This document shows positions 10,199 through 20,133 of a DNA stretch of 45,135 bases, one piece after another. Below the pieces are notes generated by a model. That model made no database searches, was not told the DNA's origin, and saw nothing but the letters and a program-made list of their open reading frames with translations. The position numbers and the translations under genes are program-made. Source of the DNA: an uncultured Gemmatimonadota bacterium (GTDB taxonomy: Bacteria > SM23-81 > DAOVCL01); the NCBI GenBank assembly GCA_964626665.1, contig CAZVGK010000028.1, positions 1 to 45,135 on the forward strand. Direction: 5' to 3'. Position 1 is the stretch's first letter; each line of letters begins with the position of its first letter.

Positions 10199-10459
10199 CT
10201 ACCCTTCCGCGATGCCTTTCGCCTTCTTCATCAACTTAGATTTCCGGCGCGCGGCCAAATTCCTGTGAATTGCCCTCTTCTGAGCGGCCTTATCCAAAAT
10301 AGCGGCCGCCTCTTTGACCGCTTTCAGGGCCGCTTCCTTGTCCGGAGCAGAGAGAACCTTCTTGGTCGCCGTCTTAATACGGGTCTTGAAGATCCTGTTT
10401 TGCAACCTCTCCACCTTGCTCTTCCTTAACCTCTTCTCCGTTGATTTGTGTATGGCCAA
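10199..10459 (-). CDS. rpsT: 30S ribosomal protein S20
   Basis: MAIHKSTEKR...N...K...IKT, LDKAA...IHRN.AARRKSKL. Confidence 0.97.
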   Translation of the reverse strand: MAIHKSTEKRLRKSKVERLQNRIFKTRIKTATKKVLSAPDKEAALKAVKEAAAILDKAAQKRAIHRNLAARRKSKLMKKAKGIAEG

Positions 10460-10554
10460 TTTCCCTCCTTGAATCTCAGTTTATGCCTACCTCACCTTTA
10501 ATTGCCACCATTACAGAAAAGCTTGAAGACAATAAGGAAGTGGGCGAAAAATTA

Positions 10555-10639
10555 TGCCGGAGGTCGGAATCGAACCGACATGTCCAGAAAGGACGGGGGA
10601 TTTTGAGTCCCCTGCGTCTACCAATTTCACCACTCCGGC
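10555..10639 (-). tRNA. tRNA-Leu (anticodon CAA)
   Basis: GCCGGAG acceptor stem, TGGTAGAC D-loop, GGGGA-CT-CAA-AA-TCCCC anticodon arm, long variable arm, GGTTCGATTCC T-arm. CCA not encoded. Confidence 0.97.
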
Positions 10640-10650
10640 AATGTCGTTTA

Positions 10651-10678
10651 AATATAGGTTTTTCACTGGTTGAGTCAA
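10651..10678 (-). promoter_or_regulatory. Putative sigma70 promoter for tRNA-Leu (and rpsT)
   Basis: TTGACT-16 nt-TATATT on the minus strand just upstream of the tRNA. Confidence 0.55.
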
Positions 10679-10801
10679 GGGGATTTTACTAAGGGTTTTT
10701 TAACCCAAAACATGCATAAGCCGCAGCCAAAAAGTCATCGTGGCTCGTTACCCGTAGCTTGTCCCCTCAAACCCCACACCTCTACCTGGCTTTAGCCCGC
10801 A

Positions 10802-10824
10802 AATAAGGGCCTCAAGGCCTTATT
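10802..10824 (-). terminator. Possible terminator hairpin after the bacterioferritin-like gene
   Basis: aataaggcc-ttga-ggcccttatt hairpin immediately downstream of the stop; weak U-tract. Confidence 0.3.
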
Positions 10825-10832
10825 GAAGCCTT

Positions 10833-11252
10833 CTAATCCTCCTTGTATTTCTTGAAGGTATCCAGATGCTCCTCCTCCTCTCGCAATATCTGACGGAACA
10901 TATGGGCGGTTACCTCATCACCCTCCTGCTGGGCAGTATTGATGATCTTCCGATAGAGGGCTATCGCCTCCTCCTCTGCCTGAATATCGTTATCCAGCAT
11001 CTCGGTCAACGATTCACCCACCTTGATGGGTGCTGGCTGGGTTGTCGGGATGACTCCGTAAAAATCGAGCCGCTCGGCGATATCCTCTGCATGCTTCATC
11101 TCGGTTATGGCGATCGATTTGAAGTCATCTCCCACAACCTTGCCTTTAAATCCCTTGGCCGTTACATGCTGCCACATATACTGAATGGCAACCTGAATCT
11201 CCCTGGCCACTGCCTTTTGCAGGAAATCGGTTAATTCTCTGCTCACTGCCAT
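10833..11252 (-). CDS. Bacterioferritin-like / ferritin-like diiron protein
   Basis: REIQVAIQY, EMKHAEDIAERL, EEEAIALY and EEEEH diiron ligands. Confidence 0.9.
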   Translation of the reverse strand: MAVSRELTDFLQKAVAREIQVAIQYMWQHVTAKGFKGKVVGDDFKSIAITEMKHAEDIAERLDFYGVIPTTQPAPIKVGESLTEMLDNDIQAEEEAIALYRKIINTAQQEGDEVTAHMFRQILREEEEHLDTFKKYKED

Positions 11253-11350
11253 AGCAATCCTCCCTTCTCTTCAGGTTTTCCCACCAAAAGTCTATCTTTA
11301 AACCCCCTTGTTCCTCTGGGGGGCTCCATGACCCATCCACAACTTAGCCG

Positions 11351-11379
11351 ATTATAACAAATCAAACTCCAGATGTCAA
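11351..11379 (-). promoter_or_regulatory. Consensus sigma70 promoter for the bacterioferritin-like gene
   Basis: Perfect TTGACA-17 nt-TATAAT on the minus strand. Confidence 0.8.
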
Positions 11380-11520
11380 ACCCAAAATATACCGGCAAGG
11401 TCTCATCCCCACCCATCGCGGCCCCACCTGGGGAAACCTACCCGAAGAGGTTACCCAAGAACATCATCGAATTTCTTAGAAATTCCGAAATATAGAAATA
11501 GATCTCACTGGGGAAGTTGC

Positions 11521-12459
11521 TTACCCGCTGCTCAGGCTCTCAATGGTTGCCCTCAGCAGATCAGCAGACCTCCGGAGGGCATTACCTTCTTGCGCAGAGA
11601 GGGAGGTGTCTATAATCCGCTCTACCCCTTCGCTGCCTATCACAGAGGGAATCCCCAGGCAAAGGTCGTTAATTCCATACTCTCCATTCAAAAGGGCGGA
11701 AACAGTTAGAATGCTCTGCTCATTCCTGAGTATGGCGCCTAAAATCCTCAACATAGCCAGACTGACCCCATAGTTGGTGAACCCCTTGGCCTCGATGACG
11801 TGATAGGCAGAATTCCTTACTTTTTCCTCCACCTCGCTTTGCAAGCTTGGCCCACATTTCTCCTGGCACCCCTTGCAGAAAGATTCCAGCGGGATTCCAG
11901 AGATATTAGCCAGGCTCCAGAGCAGAACCTCACTGTCACCGTGTTCACCAATCACATAGGCGTGAACATTTCTGGCGTCAACCCGGCACATCTGGCTTAA
12001 CCAATAGCGAAATCTGGCTGAATCTAAAACCGTTCCGGATCCCAAAACCTGCCCTAATTTCAGCCCAGACCTTCTCAGCACCAGATAGGTCATCACATCC
12101 ACTGGATTGGTGGCCACAAGGAGGATCGTTTTCTTCACATAGGAAGCTATCTGATTCACAATTGATTGGCATATCTCTGCATTTCTTTGGACAAGCTCCA
12201 ATCGGCTCTCACCAGGCTTTTGGCGGGAACCCGCAGCGACCACGATGACCTTCGCCCCCTGACAGTCAGGATAATCCCCGGCGTGGATCTTCACTGGCGG
12301 AGTGAAGAAGAGGCCATGGCTCATATCCAGGGCATTCCCCCTGGCCCTCTTCCTCTCCAGATCGATCAACACGATCTCGGTGGCCAGACCAGATAGCTGC
12401 AGAGTGTAGGCCAAGGTAGCCCCCACATCACCTACCCCTATGATAGCGACTTTGGACAT
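11521..12459 (-). CDS. ldh: L-lactate dehydrogenase
   Basis: GVGDVG Rossmann motif, QKPGESRLEL (LDH-type Gln), TNPVD, LDSAR and GEHGDS. Confidence 0.93.
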   Translation of the reverse strand: MSKVAIIGVGDVGATLAYTLQLSGLATEIVLIDLERKRARGNALDMSHGLFFTPPVKIHAGDYPDCQGAKVIVVAAGSRQKPGESRLELVQRNAEICQSIVNQIASYVKKTILLVATNPVDVMTYLVLRRSGLKLGQVLGSGTVLDSARFRYWLSQMCRVDARNVHAYVIGEHGDSEVLLWSLANISGIPLESFCKGCQEKCGPSLQSEVEEKVRNSAYHVIEAKGFTNYGVSLAMLRILGAILRNEQSILTVSALLNGEYGINDLCLGIPSVIGSEGVERIIDTSLSAQEGNALRRSADLLRATIESLSSG

Positions 12460-12498
12460 AATCTACTCCCTGATGACGCCCTTTTAATCCGTCACCAT

Positions 12499-12703
12499 CT
12501 ATTGAAGGGTTGCTAAAACCTGTTCGGCATGGCCCGTTGGTTTTACCTTCTGAAAAACCTGTATAACCAGACCATCCTTACCGATGAGGAAGGTCGTCCA
12601 TAGGATCCCCCAATACTACCGTCCATACATCCTCTTTTCGCCCCAGACACCATAGGTTGGTATAGCCACTGGTGTTATCTTTGGGATAAAAGTAAAGGAC
12701 AAC
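12499..12703 (-). pseudogene. bcp: bcp / PrxQ peroxiredoxin remnant
   Basis: VVLYFYPKDNTSGYT (peroxidatic Cys position reads TAT) joined out of frame to YGVWGEKRMYGR*YWGI..TTFLIGKDG..KVKPTGHAEQVL. It has an internal deletion, a stop codon and no start. Confidence 0.8.
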
Positions 12704-12709
12704 CTCAGA

Positions 12710-13180
12710 CTTCCCCCGATAATCGGAGAGGGAAACTTCTTCGCCGGCGCCCGACATCAGCGTAAAGTCCGGTGCCCTATCTCCTGGCTTTAACAGAACA
12801 CCCTCCGTTTCAGCTTTAGCTGGGGTGTATTGGGCTTCAGCCCAACCCCATTCGGAGCTAAAGGCCCTGAACCCGCACTAAAGTGCGGTAGAACCTTTCC
12901 GGCGGGAAGTAGGGGCATCAGTTCTGGTGCCCCTACTTCCCGTGGCCTCGAGCGACCGCTCCCACCCGATCTGTTCATAAATTCGGAGTAATACCTAAGC
13001 ACCGTTAAGAGCTTTTAATCGTATGGACTCCGATTTATCGGAGTCCGAGGGAGCGGACAGACCTCCCGACCCCCTGCGGCAGTCGGGACAAGTTCCGGTC
13101 TGTCCCTACACAAGAATACAGAATCCCGCTGATCCCAAGAGATTACCTCAACCCGCTATCAGTTTATGAATAATTCAGGC
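12710..13180. repeat. Cluster of diverse REP-like hairpins
   Basis: cagctttagctg, gggcttcagccc, ccgcactaaagtgcgg, gggaagtaggggca..tgcccctacttccc, ggactccgat-atcggagtcc and ggacagacc..ggtctgtcc. Confidence 0.7.
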
Positions 13181-15328
13181 CTAAGGTTTCTTAGTGGGTT
13201 GTTGTTCACTTAATACCTCCTCCAGCCCCTGGATATCGTCCACCGGTCTGCGACAGGCATACCCCTGACATACATAGGCGGTGAGCTTATCCTCAAGGGG
13301 GATCTGATCCTTTAGGAAGGGGATAGCCTTCAAGGCCTCTTTGAGCCTCTCCTCCGACCGAGGACGGAATACAACTACCTTGTTGGGAATGAACCGCTCA
13401 TAGATGGCCTTGAGCATAGGCTCCAGACTCCCTTCATCCGCACCCTCTGCGAGGCTAATTTCCCAAAATGTTCCCAGGGCGAAACCAAGGGCAATAAGCA
13501 TCTGAGAATGGAGATGGGGCAGGGAGGAAACCTCGGCTGCGAACGAGCCTAAGAGCTCCTCTGCCCTTTCCTCATATTCTCGATTGGAGGTGAGCTTAGA
13601 GAGACGGACCAGATCCAGGGCAGCGATGGAGTTGCCAGAGGGGATCGCCCCATCATAGCCCTCCTTACGGCGAAACAGGGGCGCTTCTCCACCGTGGGGG
13701 GTGAAGAAAAAGCCCCCTCCTCCTTCATCCCAGAACAGGTCCAGCATCTCCTGGGCCAGGCTATCAGCCTGCCTCAGATACTCGATCTGGAAGGTGGCCT
13801 GATAAAGGTCGATGAGCCCGTGGATGAGAAAGGCATAGTCATCGATCATCCCCGGAACTGCTGCCTCTCCATCACGATAACGATGGAGAAGCCCGCCTTT
13901 GGCATCCCACATATTCTTGAGGATGAACCGGGCCGCCTTTGCAGCGGCATCCCTATAGAATTGCTCTCCAAGGACCAGGTAACCGTAGGCCAAGCTGGAG
14001 ATAATCAGCCCGTTCCAATCGGTGAGCACCTTATCGTCAAGGCCCGGCCTGGGCCGCAGGGAACGCACCTGGAGGAGCCTACCCTTTGATTCATCGATAA
14101 GCGCCTGGACGGAGGCGGCGGTGAGCTTAAAATGCGCGGCGGTATCCTCGATGCTGTGGGCAATATGGAGGATATTTTTGCCCTGGAACTCCCCTTGAGG
14201 GTCGGGGAGCATATTCCCCTCCTCCTTAATCCCGAATCGGTAACAGAAGACCTCCCCCCTCTCCTTCCCCAAGCTATCCAATATCTCCCCCTTCTCCCAG
14301 AGGTAGAATGCCCCTTCCCTCTTCTCCCCTAAGCCCTGGGCATCTATTGGGGAATCGGCATCCTCAGCGGAGTAGAATCCCCCTTGGGGATCCCTCATAT
14401 CACGCAGGAGGTAGGAAAAGATCTCCCTGGCCATTTGGGCATATCCCCCCTGATGGGTGACCTGATAGAGCTGAAGATATGCCTTGGCAAGGAGGGCTTG
14501 ATCGTAAAGCATCTTCTCAAAGTGGGGTATGTGCCATTGGGCATCGGTGGAGTAACGGTGGAACCCCCCTCCGATATGGTCGTACATGCCCCCTCCGGCC
14601 ATCTCCGTGAGGGTCCTCTCGGCCATCTCCAACCCCTTCCCTTCCCCGGTCCGCCTCCAGTAGCTCAGGAGGAAGGAGAGGTTGTGGGGGGAAGGAAACT
14701 TGGGGGGGCGGCCAAACCCCCCGTAACGCTCATCGAAACTGTGGGAGAAAACCCTATAGGCGGTATGGAGGACCTCCTCATCCAGTCCTCCTTCACCCGA
14801 GGAGGGAAGAGCTTGGTTCAGAAGAGCATCCACAATCCCCTCCGCAGAGTTGAGTAGCTCCTCCCTCTGGGAACGCCAGAGCTCAATTATCCGCGGGATC
14901 AGCTCCTTCATCCCCGTCCTGCCGAACCTGTTCTCCTTAGGGATATAAGTAGTGGCAAAGAACGGCTTCCCCTCTGGGGTCATCACGACGGTCAACGGCC
15001 AACCACCACTACCGGTCATCGCCTGACAGGCCTTCATATAGACTCCGTCGATATCCGGCCTCTCCTCCCTATCCACCTTGATGGAGATGAAGCCTTCGTT
15101 GAGCAACCGGGCCACCTCCGGATCATTGAAGGACTCCCGAGCCATCACATGACACCAGTGACAGGTGGAATACCCTATGGAGAGGAAGATGGGCTTATCC
15201 TCCCTCTTTGCCCGCTGAAAAGCCTCTTCCCCCCAGGGATACCAGTTCACCGGATTGTGGGCATGCTGGAGAAGATAGGGGCTTTTTTCGTTGATCAACC
15301 TATTCGTGGTTCTTATATTAGTCTCCAT
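13181..15328 (-). CDS. Thioredoxin-domain / six-hairpin glycosidase-like protein (YyaL/SPATA20/DUF255 family)
   Basis: [50 protein letters not shown] and DGAIPSGNS. Likely start METNIR at 15328. Confidence 0.95.
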   Translation of the reverse strand: METNIRTTNRLINEKSPYLLQHAHNPVNWYPWGEEAFQRAKREDKPIFLSIGYSTCHWCHVMARESFNDPEVARLLNEGFISIKVDREERPDIDGVYMKACQAMTGSGGWPLTVVMTPEGKPFFATTYIPKENRFGRTGMKELIPRIIELWRSQREELLNSAEGIVDALLNQALPSSGEGGLDEEVLHTAYRVFSHSFDERYGGFGRPPKFPSPHNLSFLLSYWRRTGEGKGLEMAERTLTEMAGGGMYDHIGGGFHRYSTDAQWHIPHFEKMLYDQALLAKAYLQLYQVTHQGGYAQMAREIFSYLLRDMRDPQGGFYSAEDADSPIDAQGLGEKREGAFYLWEKGEILDSLGKERGEVFCYRFGIKEEGNMLPDPQGEFQGKNILHIAHSIEDTAAHFKLTAASVQALIDESKGRLLQVRSLRPRPGLDDKVLTDWNGLIISSLAYGYLVLGEQFYRDAAAKAARFILKNMWDAKGGLLHRYRDGEAAVPGMIDDYAFLIHGLIDLYQATFQIEYLRQADSLAQEMLDLFWDEGGGGFFFTPHGGEAPLFRRKEGYDGAIPSGNSIAALDLVRLSKLTSNREYEERAEELLGSFAAEVSSLPHLHSQMLIALGFALGTFWEISLAEGADEGSLEPMLKAIYERFIPNKVVVFRPRSEERLKEALKAIPFLKDQIPLEDKLTAYVCQGYACRRPVDDIQGLEEVLSEQQPTKKP

Positions 15329-15347
15329 TGTGAGCCTGATTAGCAGT

Positions 15348-16085
15348 TTACGCCCGTCCCAAGACGGGCACCCTCCCCAAATAGCCAATCTTCCCCTCCC
15401 TGTATTCCAGCAGGAGAGGATAGACCTCTACCCCCCGTTCCATCGCCTCATAGAAAAGGGAATAAAACGCAGGGTCAGTGCCTCCGTTAGGGGCAAACTG
15501 CTTGACCTCAGGCCGGAAGATAAGGATGAGCGGGGCGGCAAGGTCCCCATTCCTCTTCAGGGAAATCAGCTCCTTCAGGTGCCTGTTCCCCCGCTTTGTG
15601 GGAGCATCTGGGAATAAGGCCAACTCACCGGCGGCAAGGGTGCACCCCTTTACCTCCACCCAGACCTCCCGGCCCTCCCCATTTATCAGCAAAAAATCGA
15701 GCCTGCTATGGCTGTAGGTGATCTCCGATCTAACCCCAACCACCCGGCCAAATGGCGTTAAATCCTCATCCCTGATTATTGCCTCAGCAATCGTTCGGTG
15801 ATAGCCGGAGTGCACCAAGATCCAATCCCCTCCGTGGCGGGCCGCAGCAAGGTTCCATTCGGTGGCCCGGTGATTGCCTCTGGCCCTCTTCAGAAGGACC
15901 CTATTGCCCGCATAGAGGAGCTCTCTAAGCCTTCCTGGATCGTGGATGTGCACCCTTACCCCACCCGATTTTCGGGGATCGGTAATATCCACCACCCCTA
16001 AAAACCTGTTGGGCCTTGCCCTAAATATCCCCCTGGCATCCCAGGGGAGGTTCAAAAGAGGCCTTGTCAACCCGCCCCTTAGCAT
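15348..16085 (-). CDS. sfsA: SfsA family DNA/RNA nuclease (sugar fermentation stimulation protein)
   Basis: [30 protein letters not shown] and [14 protein letters not shown]. Confidence 0.93.
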   Translation of the reverse strand: MLRGGLTRPLLNLPWDARGIFRARPNRFLGVVDITDPRKSGGVRVHIHDPGRLRELLYAGNRVLLKRARGNHRATEWNLAAARHGGDWILVHSGYHRTIAEAIIRDEDLTPFGRVVGVRSEITYSHSRLDFLLINGEGREVWVEVKGCTLAAGELALFPDAPTKRGNRHLKELISLKRNGDLAAPLILIFRPEVKQFAPNGGTDPAFYSLFYEAMERGVEVYPLLLEYREGKIGYLGRVPVLGRA

Positions 16086-16158
16086 AAATGACCATCTTCT
16101 CCTATCCGTTTAACCAGCCCTTAATTATTCTGCCAAATAATAGCCTATTCCCAGTGAC

Positions 16159-16392
16159 CTATCCCTCCAATACTCCCACCAGCGGAAACCTCTCCAGGAG
16201 CTCCACGCCGTGTGGGGCATTGCCGAGGGCGGAGGTCAGGTCCTCCCCAGCCCGGTGGAGGGCTTGATGTTTACCTCCTTTCCAGAGAAAGCTATTGGTC
16301 ACATCGTAGACTTTTCCTCGGCAGGCTACGTATGCTGGTCGGTCCGCTTGGCCGTCGTATCTGGACAGCTCTTCCCTGGTAAATTCCCTCAT
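16159..16392 (-). CDS. Cytochrome b5-like heme/steroid-binding protein
   Basis: FTREELSRYDG, YVA..GKVYDVT, WKGGKH..LH.AGEDLT and APHG. Confidence 0.9.
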   Translation of the reverse strand: MREFTREELSRYDGQADRPAYVACRGKVYDVTNSFLWKGGKHQALHRAGEDLTSALGNAPHGVELLERFPLVGVLEG

Positions 16393-16456
16393 CTTCCCTC
16401 CACGGGGGCAAGGGGGTGACCGAAATGGGAGTTACCCCCTCTCGCTCCCAATTTGG

Positions 16457-17008
16457 CTACCTCAGGAACTTGGAGACAAAGGGAGAGGTCTCCCCTTGAC
16501 GCAAGAAGTGCCCGGAGGGGCCTTCCCCTAAGAACTCGGAGAACCAGGACTCGTGCTCTATCTCCTCGTTGAGGATGGCCTGAGCCAGGTCGTAGGTGCG
16601 GTGGTCCTTACCTGCAGTCAAATTGCAGATGTGGGTATACCCCCGCACTGCACATCTCTCCGCCTCCACTAACACTTTCAATATAGCCTTGACGTCTGTT
16701 GGATCTTTGGGCAGACTGGCCGGCGGGCAGGAAGAAGTATCATGGAACTCCTTCATCCCCGCGGGCAACTTTCCTCCCAGTTCGTAGATGCGGGGGATGA
16801 GAGCCTCAAAGTGGTTGCGATCCTCGATGCGTGCTGTCTCCGCTATTTCCTTGATCGTCTCTCCCTCCAGCCCAATCAGGTTAAACCGGAGAATGGTGTA
16901 ATAGTAGTAGGTCGTCAATTCGGCAGCGGCATTCTTGACCAGCAGTTCCACAAGTTGGTCCACATTAACACCTGACTTCTCCACCATCTCCTGGGTTACC
17001 TTAGCCAT
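16457..17008 (-). CDS. DPS-like (DPSL, archaeal-type) ferritin-family protein
   Basis: AAAELTTYYYYT, EDRNHFE, CPPA.LP, EAERCAV and EEIEHESWF; the conserved DPSL Cys pair is present. Confidence 0.92.
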   Translation of the reverse strand: MAKVTQEMVEKSGVNVDQLVELLVKNAAAELTTYYYYTILRFNLIGLEGETIKEIAETARIEDRNHFEALIPRIYELGGKLPAGMKEFHDTSSCPPASLPKDPTDVKAILKVLVEAERCAVRGYTHICNLTAGKDHRTYDLAQAILNEEIEHESWFSEFLGEGPSGHFLRQGETSPFVSKFLR

Positions 17009-17152
17009 GGTATCACCTCCTTTCTTTGTATGTATGTTTCAAATTGAAGTTAACGCACCTATTGTCCTTTCTGACCGCACATAGGCATCACCTCCCCAAT
17101 GCTAATACCGAAACACTATATGTCTTTGAGTCAACAAATTTTTCAGAGATCA

Positions 17153-17914
17153 CTATTTCAACATCCAGAGGCTGAGCGCCATCACGAGCATACCTGCAAT
17201 TACACCAACAATCGGCGTGTGTTCGCTGCCGAAGGACTTAGCCGCTGGGACAATCTCGTCAAGTGAGATGGAAACCATAATCCCGGCAACGGCGGCAAGC
17301 ACCCAACCTAACACGGTAAACGTCAAGAACGGTAGTAGCACCAGCGCAGCCAATCCAGCCCCTACGGGTTCGCTCACCCCGGATAGAAATGACCAGAGGA
17401 AGGCCTTACCGCGGCTACCCGTGGCTGCATAAACAGGGGCAGATACTGCCAAGCCCTCGGGAATGTTATGGATAGCAATGGCCACCGCGATGGCAATCCC
17501 CAGGTGCAGGTCTTCCAGAGCACCGGCAAAGGTTGCCATACCCTCAGGGAAATTATGAATCCCTATACCAAAGGCGATCAACAACCCAGTCCGCATCAAT
17601 CCACCTGTGGATTTGCCCTCAGGGTAGTCGTGCTGCCCAATGTATTCGTGAGGGACAAGAAAATCTACCAGAAAGATGCCCGTCATTCCGATGAAGAATC
17701 CCATCTGTGCAGGCAGAAATCCGATTAACTCGATGCCTCCCTGCAGTAGTTCCACAAAGGAGACCAGGATCATCACCCCGGCTGAGAAACCCAAGGTGAA
17801 TCCCATGAATCGCGGTCCCGGCTTGCGTATTGCCAGGCCAAGCAAGCTTCCGATAGTAGTCGCCAGTCCGGCTCCAGCAGTGAGCAGCAGCGCAATGCCA
17901 ACGTTGCTTTCCAT
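17153..17914 (-). CDS. zupT: ZIP family metal transporter (ZupT/GufA)
   Basis: HNFPEG and HNIPEG motifs, FSAGVM..VSF, SGVSEP; multiple transmembrane helices. Confidence 0.93.
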   Translation of the reverse strand: MESNVGIALLLTAGAGLATTIGSLLGLAIRKPGPRFMGFTLGFSAGVMILVSFVELLQGGIELIGFLPAQMGFFIGMTGIFLVDFLVPHEYIGQHDYPEGKSTGGLMRTGLLIAFGIGIHNFPEGMATFAGALEDLHLGIAIAVAIAIHNIPEGLAVSAPVYAATGSRGKAFLWSFLSGVSEPVGAGLAALVLLPFLTFTVLGWVLAAVAGIMVSISLDEIVPAAKSFGSEHTPIVGVIAGMLVMALSLWMLK

Positions 17915-17964
17915 ATTCCCTGCCTTTCTTTATTCTCGACCTGTCGCATCCACCTGATGGGTCT

Positions 17965-18312
17965 TTAATCTATTGGTACCTTTACAGCGTCTTCCATGGG
18001 GTCTTTGAAGGGAACCTCGATCTTCAGGAGCCCATTGTCGTATTTCGCCTCCGCCGCCTCTGGTTTCACGGGACAAGAGAAGGAGACGAGGTTCTCCACC
18101 TTGTAGAAGCCATAAGGGAAGGCCCGTGACTTCCTGCGGGAGATCCTGATCCCAAAGAGCACAGTGGCCGAGGAGACGATGTCGGAGAGGGAGTGAATGG
18201 CATCGGCAACCAGGGCGATACTCCCGGAGAGGAAGGCCAGGCTATACTTTATGAGCACCAAACAGCCATTGGTGATAATGGAATAGACTGCTACCCTTTC
18301 ACTGACATCCAC
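17965..18312 (-). pseudogene. Chimera of a cation diffusion facilitator N-terminus and an Hsp20 C-terminus
   Basis: SGSIALVADAIHSLSD...FPYGFYKVENLVS (CDF TM1-2) joined in frame at ~18081 to CPVKPEAAEAKYDNGLLKIEVP (end of an alpha-crystallin domain). Confidence 0.75.
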
Positions 18313-18333
18313 CCCTTCCCCTCCGCGCAGCTT

Positions 18334-18807
18334 TCAACTGCTATAGCCGGGAACGGTCTTCAGCTCGCTAAAGAAAATTTCCTTATCCTCCTTCCCCTTG
18401 ATCTGCTCTCCGGCCCTCTTCGCCAGTTGAATATACCGCTGAGCATCGGCCTTCTCCCCGGCTATGGCCTTTGCCCTGGCCATTGCCTCATAGGCAAAAG
18501 CGATATCAAAGTCCCCGATATGCTGAGCCTGGCAGACCTCTAAACACCTCTGAGCATGGTAGAGGGCCGGTTCCGGTTGGTGTAAAACCGCATAAACCCG
18601 GGAGATCTGCCACTCCCCCCTCTCCATCTCCAATTCCGTGCCCACCTCCCCCCAGTGAAACCTGGAAGCATAGGCGGCATAGAGCATTCTCTCGTCCTCC
18701 TCCTTGGTCCTCCCCTTCTTATCCAAGAGATCCCAGACAAGATTAAACAGGTCAACCGCGAACCTCTTATGGCACTCCTCCTCGGTATACCTCTTCTGCT
18801 CACTCAT
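18334..18807 (-). CDS. Conserved hypothetical helical (TPR-like) protein
   Basis: H..FAVDLFN..W.LL, ASRFHW, RGEWQISRVYA and AFAYEAMARA pattern; SD GGGAGG before ATG 18807. Confidence 0.75.
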   Translation of the reverse strand: MSEQKRYTEEECHKRFAVDLFNLVWDLLDKKGRTKEEDERMLYAAYASRFHWGEVGTELEMERGEWQISRVYAVLHQPEPALYHAQRCLEVCQAQHIGDFDIAFAYEAMARAKAIAGEKADAQRYIQLAKRAGEQIKGKEDKEIFFSELKTVPGYSS

Positions 18808-18936
18808 TCTATACCCTCCCAGCTGATTTGGTTCGTTCTGCTCCGAAAACTTCCCCAACAAGGGTGGGTCGGCTGTCCCCGTGTCCGCAAAGGCCTCACC
18901 ATTGACTCTTACCCACTCGAATCCATCAATTGCTCA

Positions 18937-19398
18937 TCATTCCTCAAGCATTACTGTATCCACCGGCTTGGGGCCCTTGACGGAGAGAAACGCTGCCGGC
19001 TCATCCCCGATGTTCTCAAATGTGTGGGGGATGTCCATCTTCCCCTGGATGACATCCCCGGATACGGCCACCAGCGCCTTATTACCCACCTTGAACTTGA
19101 TCCTGCCCTTGAGGATGAAGAAGAGTTCATCTGTTGTCGGATGCTTGTGCAGGGGCACCCTTTTGCCCACAGGCAGATTGTAGATATATGGCTGAATCCC
19201 CGAGTAATCGCCGAAGAAGGGGTTGACATCCACTTCATCACCGTAGGAGAGCTTCTGTCCATGGTGCATATGGATTAGCTCCTGCTCAGCGGTGATCTCC
19301 ACAAATTTCTCCCGCGGCGCCCCACAGTTGGGGCATTTCTCGGGAGGTTGGTCGCCGGTGTGCACATAACCACAGACGGTGCAACGCCACTTTTTCAT
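18937..19398 (-). CDS. Rubredoxin-like domain fused to a cupin domain
   Basis: WRCTVCGY...CPNCGAP, then cupin metal motif HKHPTTDELF...PHTFEN. Confidence 0.88.
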   Translation of the reverse strand: MKKWRCTVCGYVHTGDQPPEKCPNCGAPREKFVEITAEQELIHMHHGQKLSYGDEVDVNPFFGDYSGIQPYIYNLPVGKRVPLHKHPTTDELFFILKGRIKFKVGNKALVAVSGDVIQGKMDIPHTFENIGDEPAAFLSVKGPKPVDTVMLEE

Positions 19399-19540
19399 TC
19401 TATCTCCTTATTGGTTTTAGAGGGTGCCTCACGGAGCGTTTCAAAACCTCGTGAGACACCACTCCTCTTTGCCATTCTTGAAGCCATCCTGACGCCTCTC
19501 TATACCAAGAGATGCCCCGGATTCAGAAACCAGCTACCGA

Positions 19541-20128
19541 CTAAATCCTCCCTGCATTCTCTATGCTCGGTTCTATGCCCGCCTCACCCGGCTTCCAACC
19601 TGCCGGTGTAACTTTGCCGGTCTTCCTGACAAAGTTGAAAGCCTGAAGCTGCCTGAAGGTCTCCTCCAGGTTCCTGCCGCCGGTGGCATTTAACACCTCG
19701 TAACCCCGGAGGATGCCATCGGGATCAACGATGAACCTTCCTCTGGTCTCGATGCCCTGATCTTCGTCCACAACTCCATACTTTCGGCCAATTTCAAAGT
19801 TCGGATCGGCTATCATAGGCATTGGTGGGAATTTCTTTCCGATCTCCTGCAAAGCAGAAGTTATGGCCGGGCTGGTCTCTGCCCAGACTTTGTGGGAATG
19901 AACGGAATCCGCACTTATAGCAATGCCCATCCCACCAAACTGCTTCAAATTCTCATAGTTCTTTATTATCCCAGCAACTTCCGTCGCACAGACATAAGTG
20001 AAGTCACCCGGATAGAAACAGACCAATACCCACTTGCCCATGTAGTCAGACAATTTCACTTTGGTCACCTTACCCTCAAAGTAAGCAGTCCCCTCAAAAT
20101 CTGGTGCTGGCTTATCTACCACTACCAT
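19541..20128 (-). CDS. AhpC/PrxU-like peroxiredoxin (Cys form)
   Basis: FYPGDFTYVCATE, RGRFIVDPDG and TPAGWKPG; SD AGGAGG before ATG 20128. Confidence 0.92.
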   Translation of the reverse strand: MVVVDKPAPDFEGTAYFEGKVTKVKLSDYMGKWVLVCFYPGDFTYVCATEVAGIIKNYENLKQFGGMGIAISADSVHSHKVWAETSPAITSALQEIGKKFPPMPMIADPNFEIGRKYGVVDEDQGIETRGRFIVDPDGILRGYEVLNATGGRNLEETFRQLQAFNFVRKTGKVTPAGWKPGEAGIEPSIENAGRI

Positions 20129-20133
20129 CTTTA

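Noticed and set aside
10555-10833. tRNA-Leu as integration site of the stress cluster
   Set aside because: The cluster lies on the 5' side of the tRNA; no duplicated tRNA 3' end or phage-type integrase was seen.
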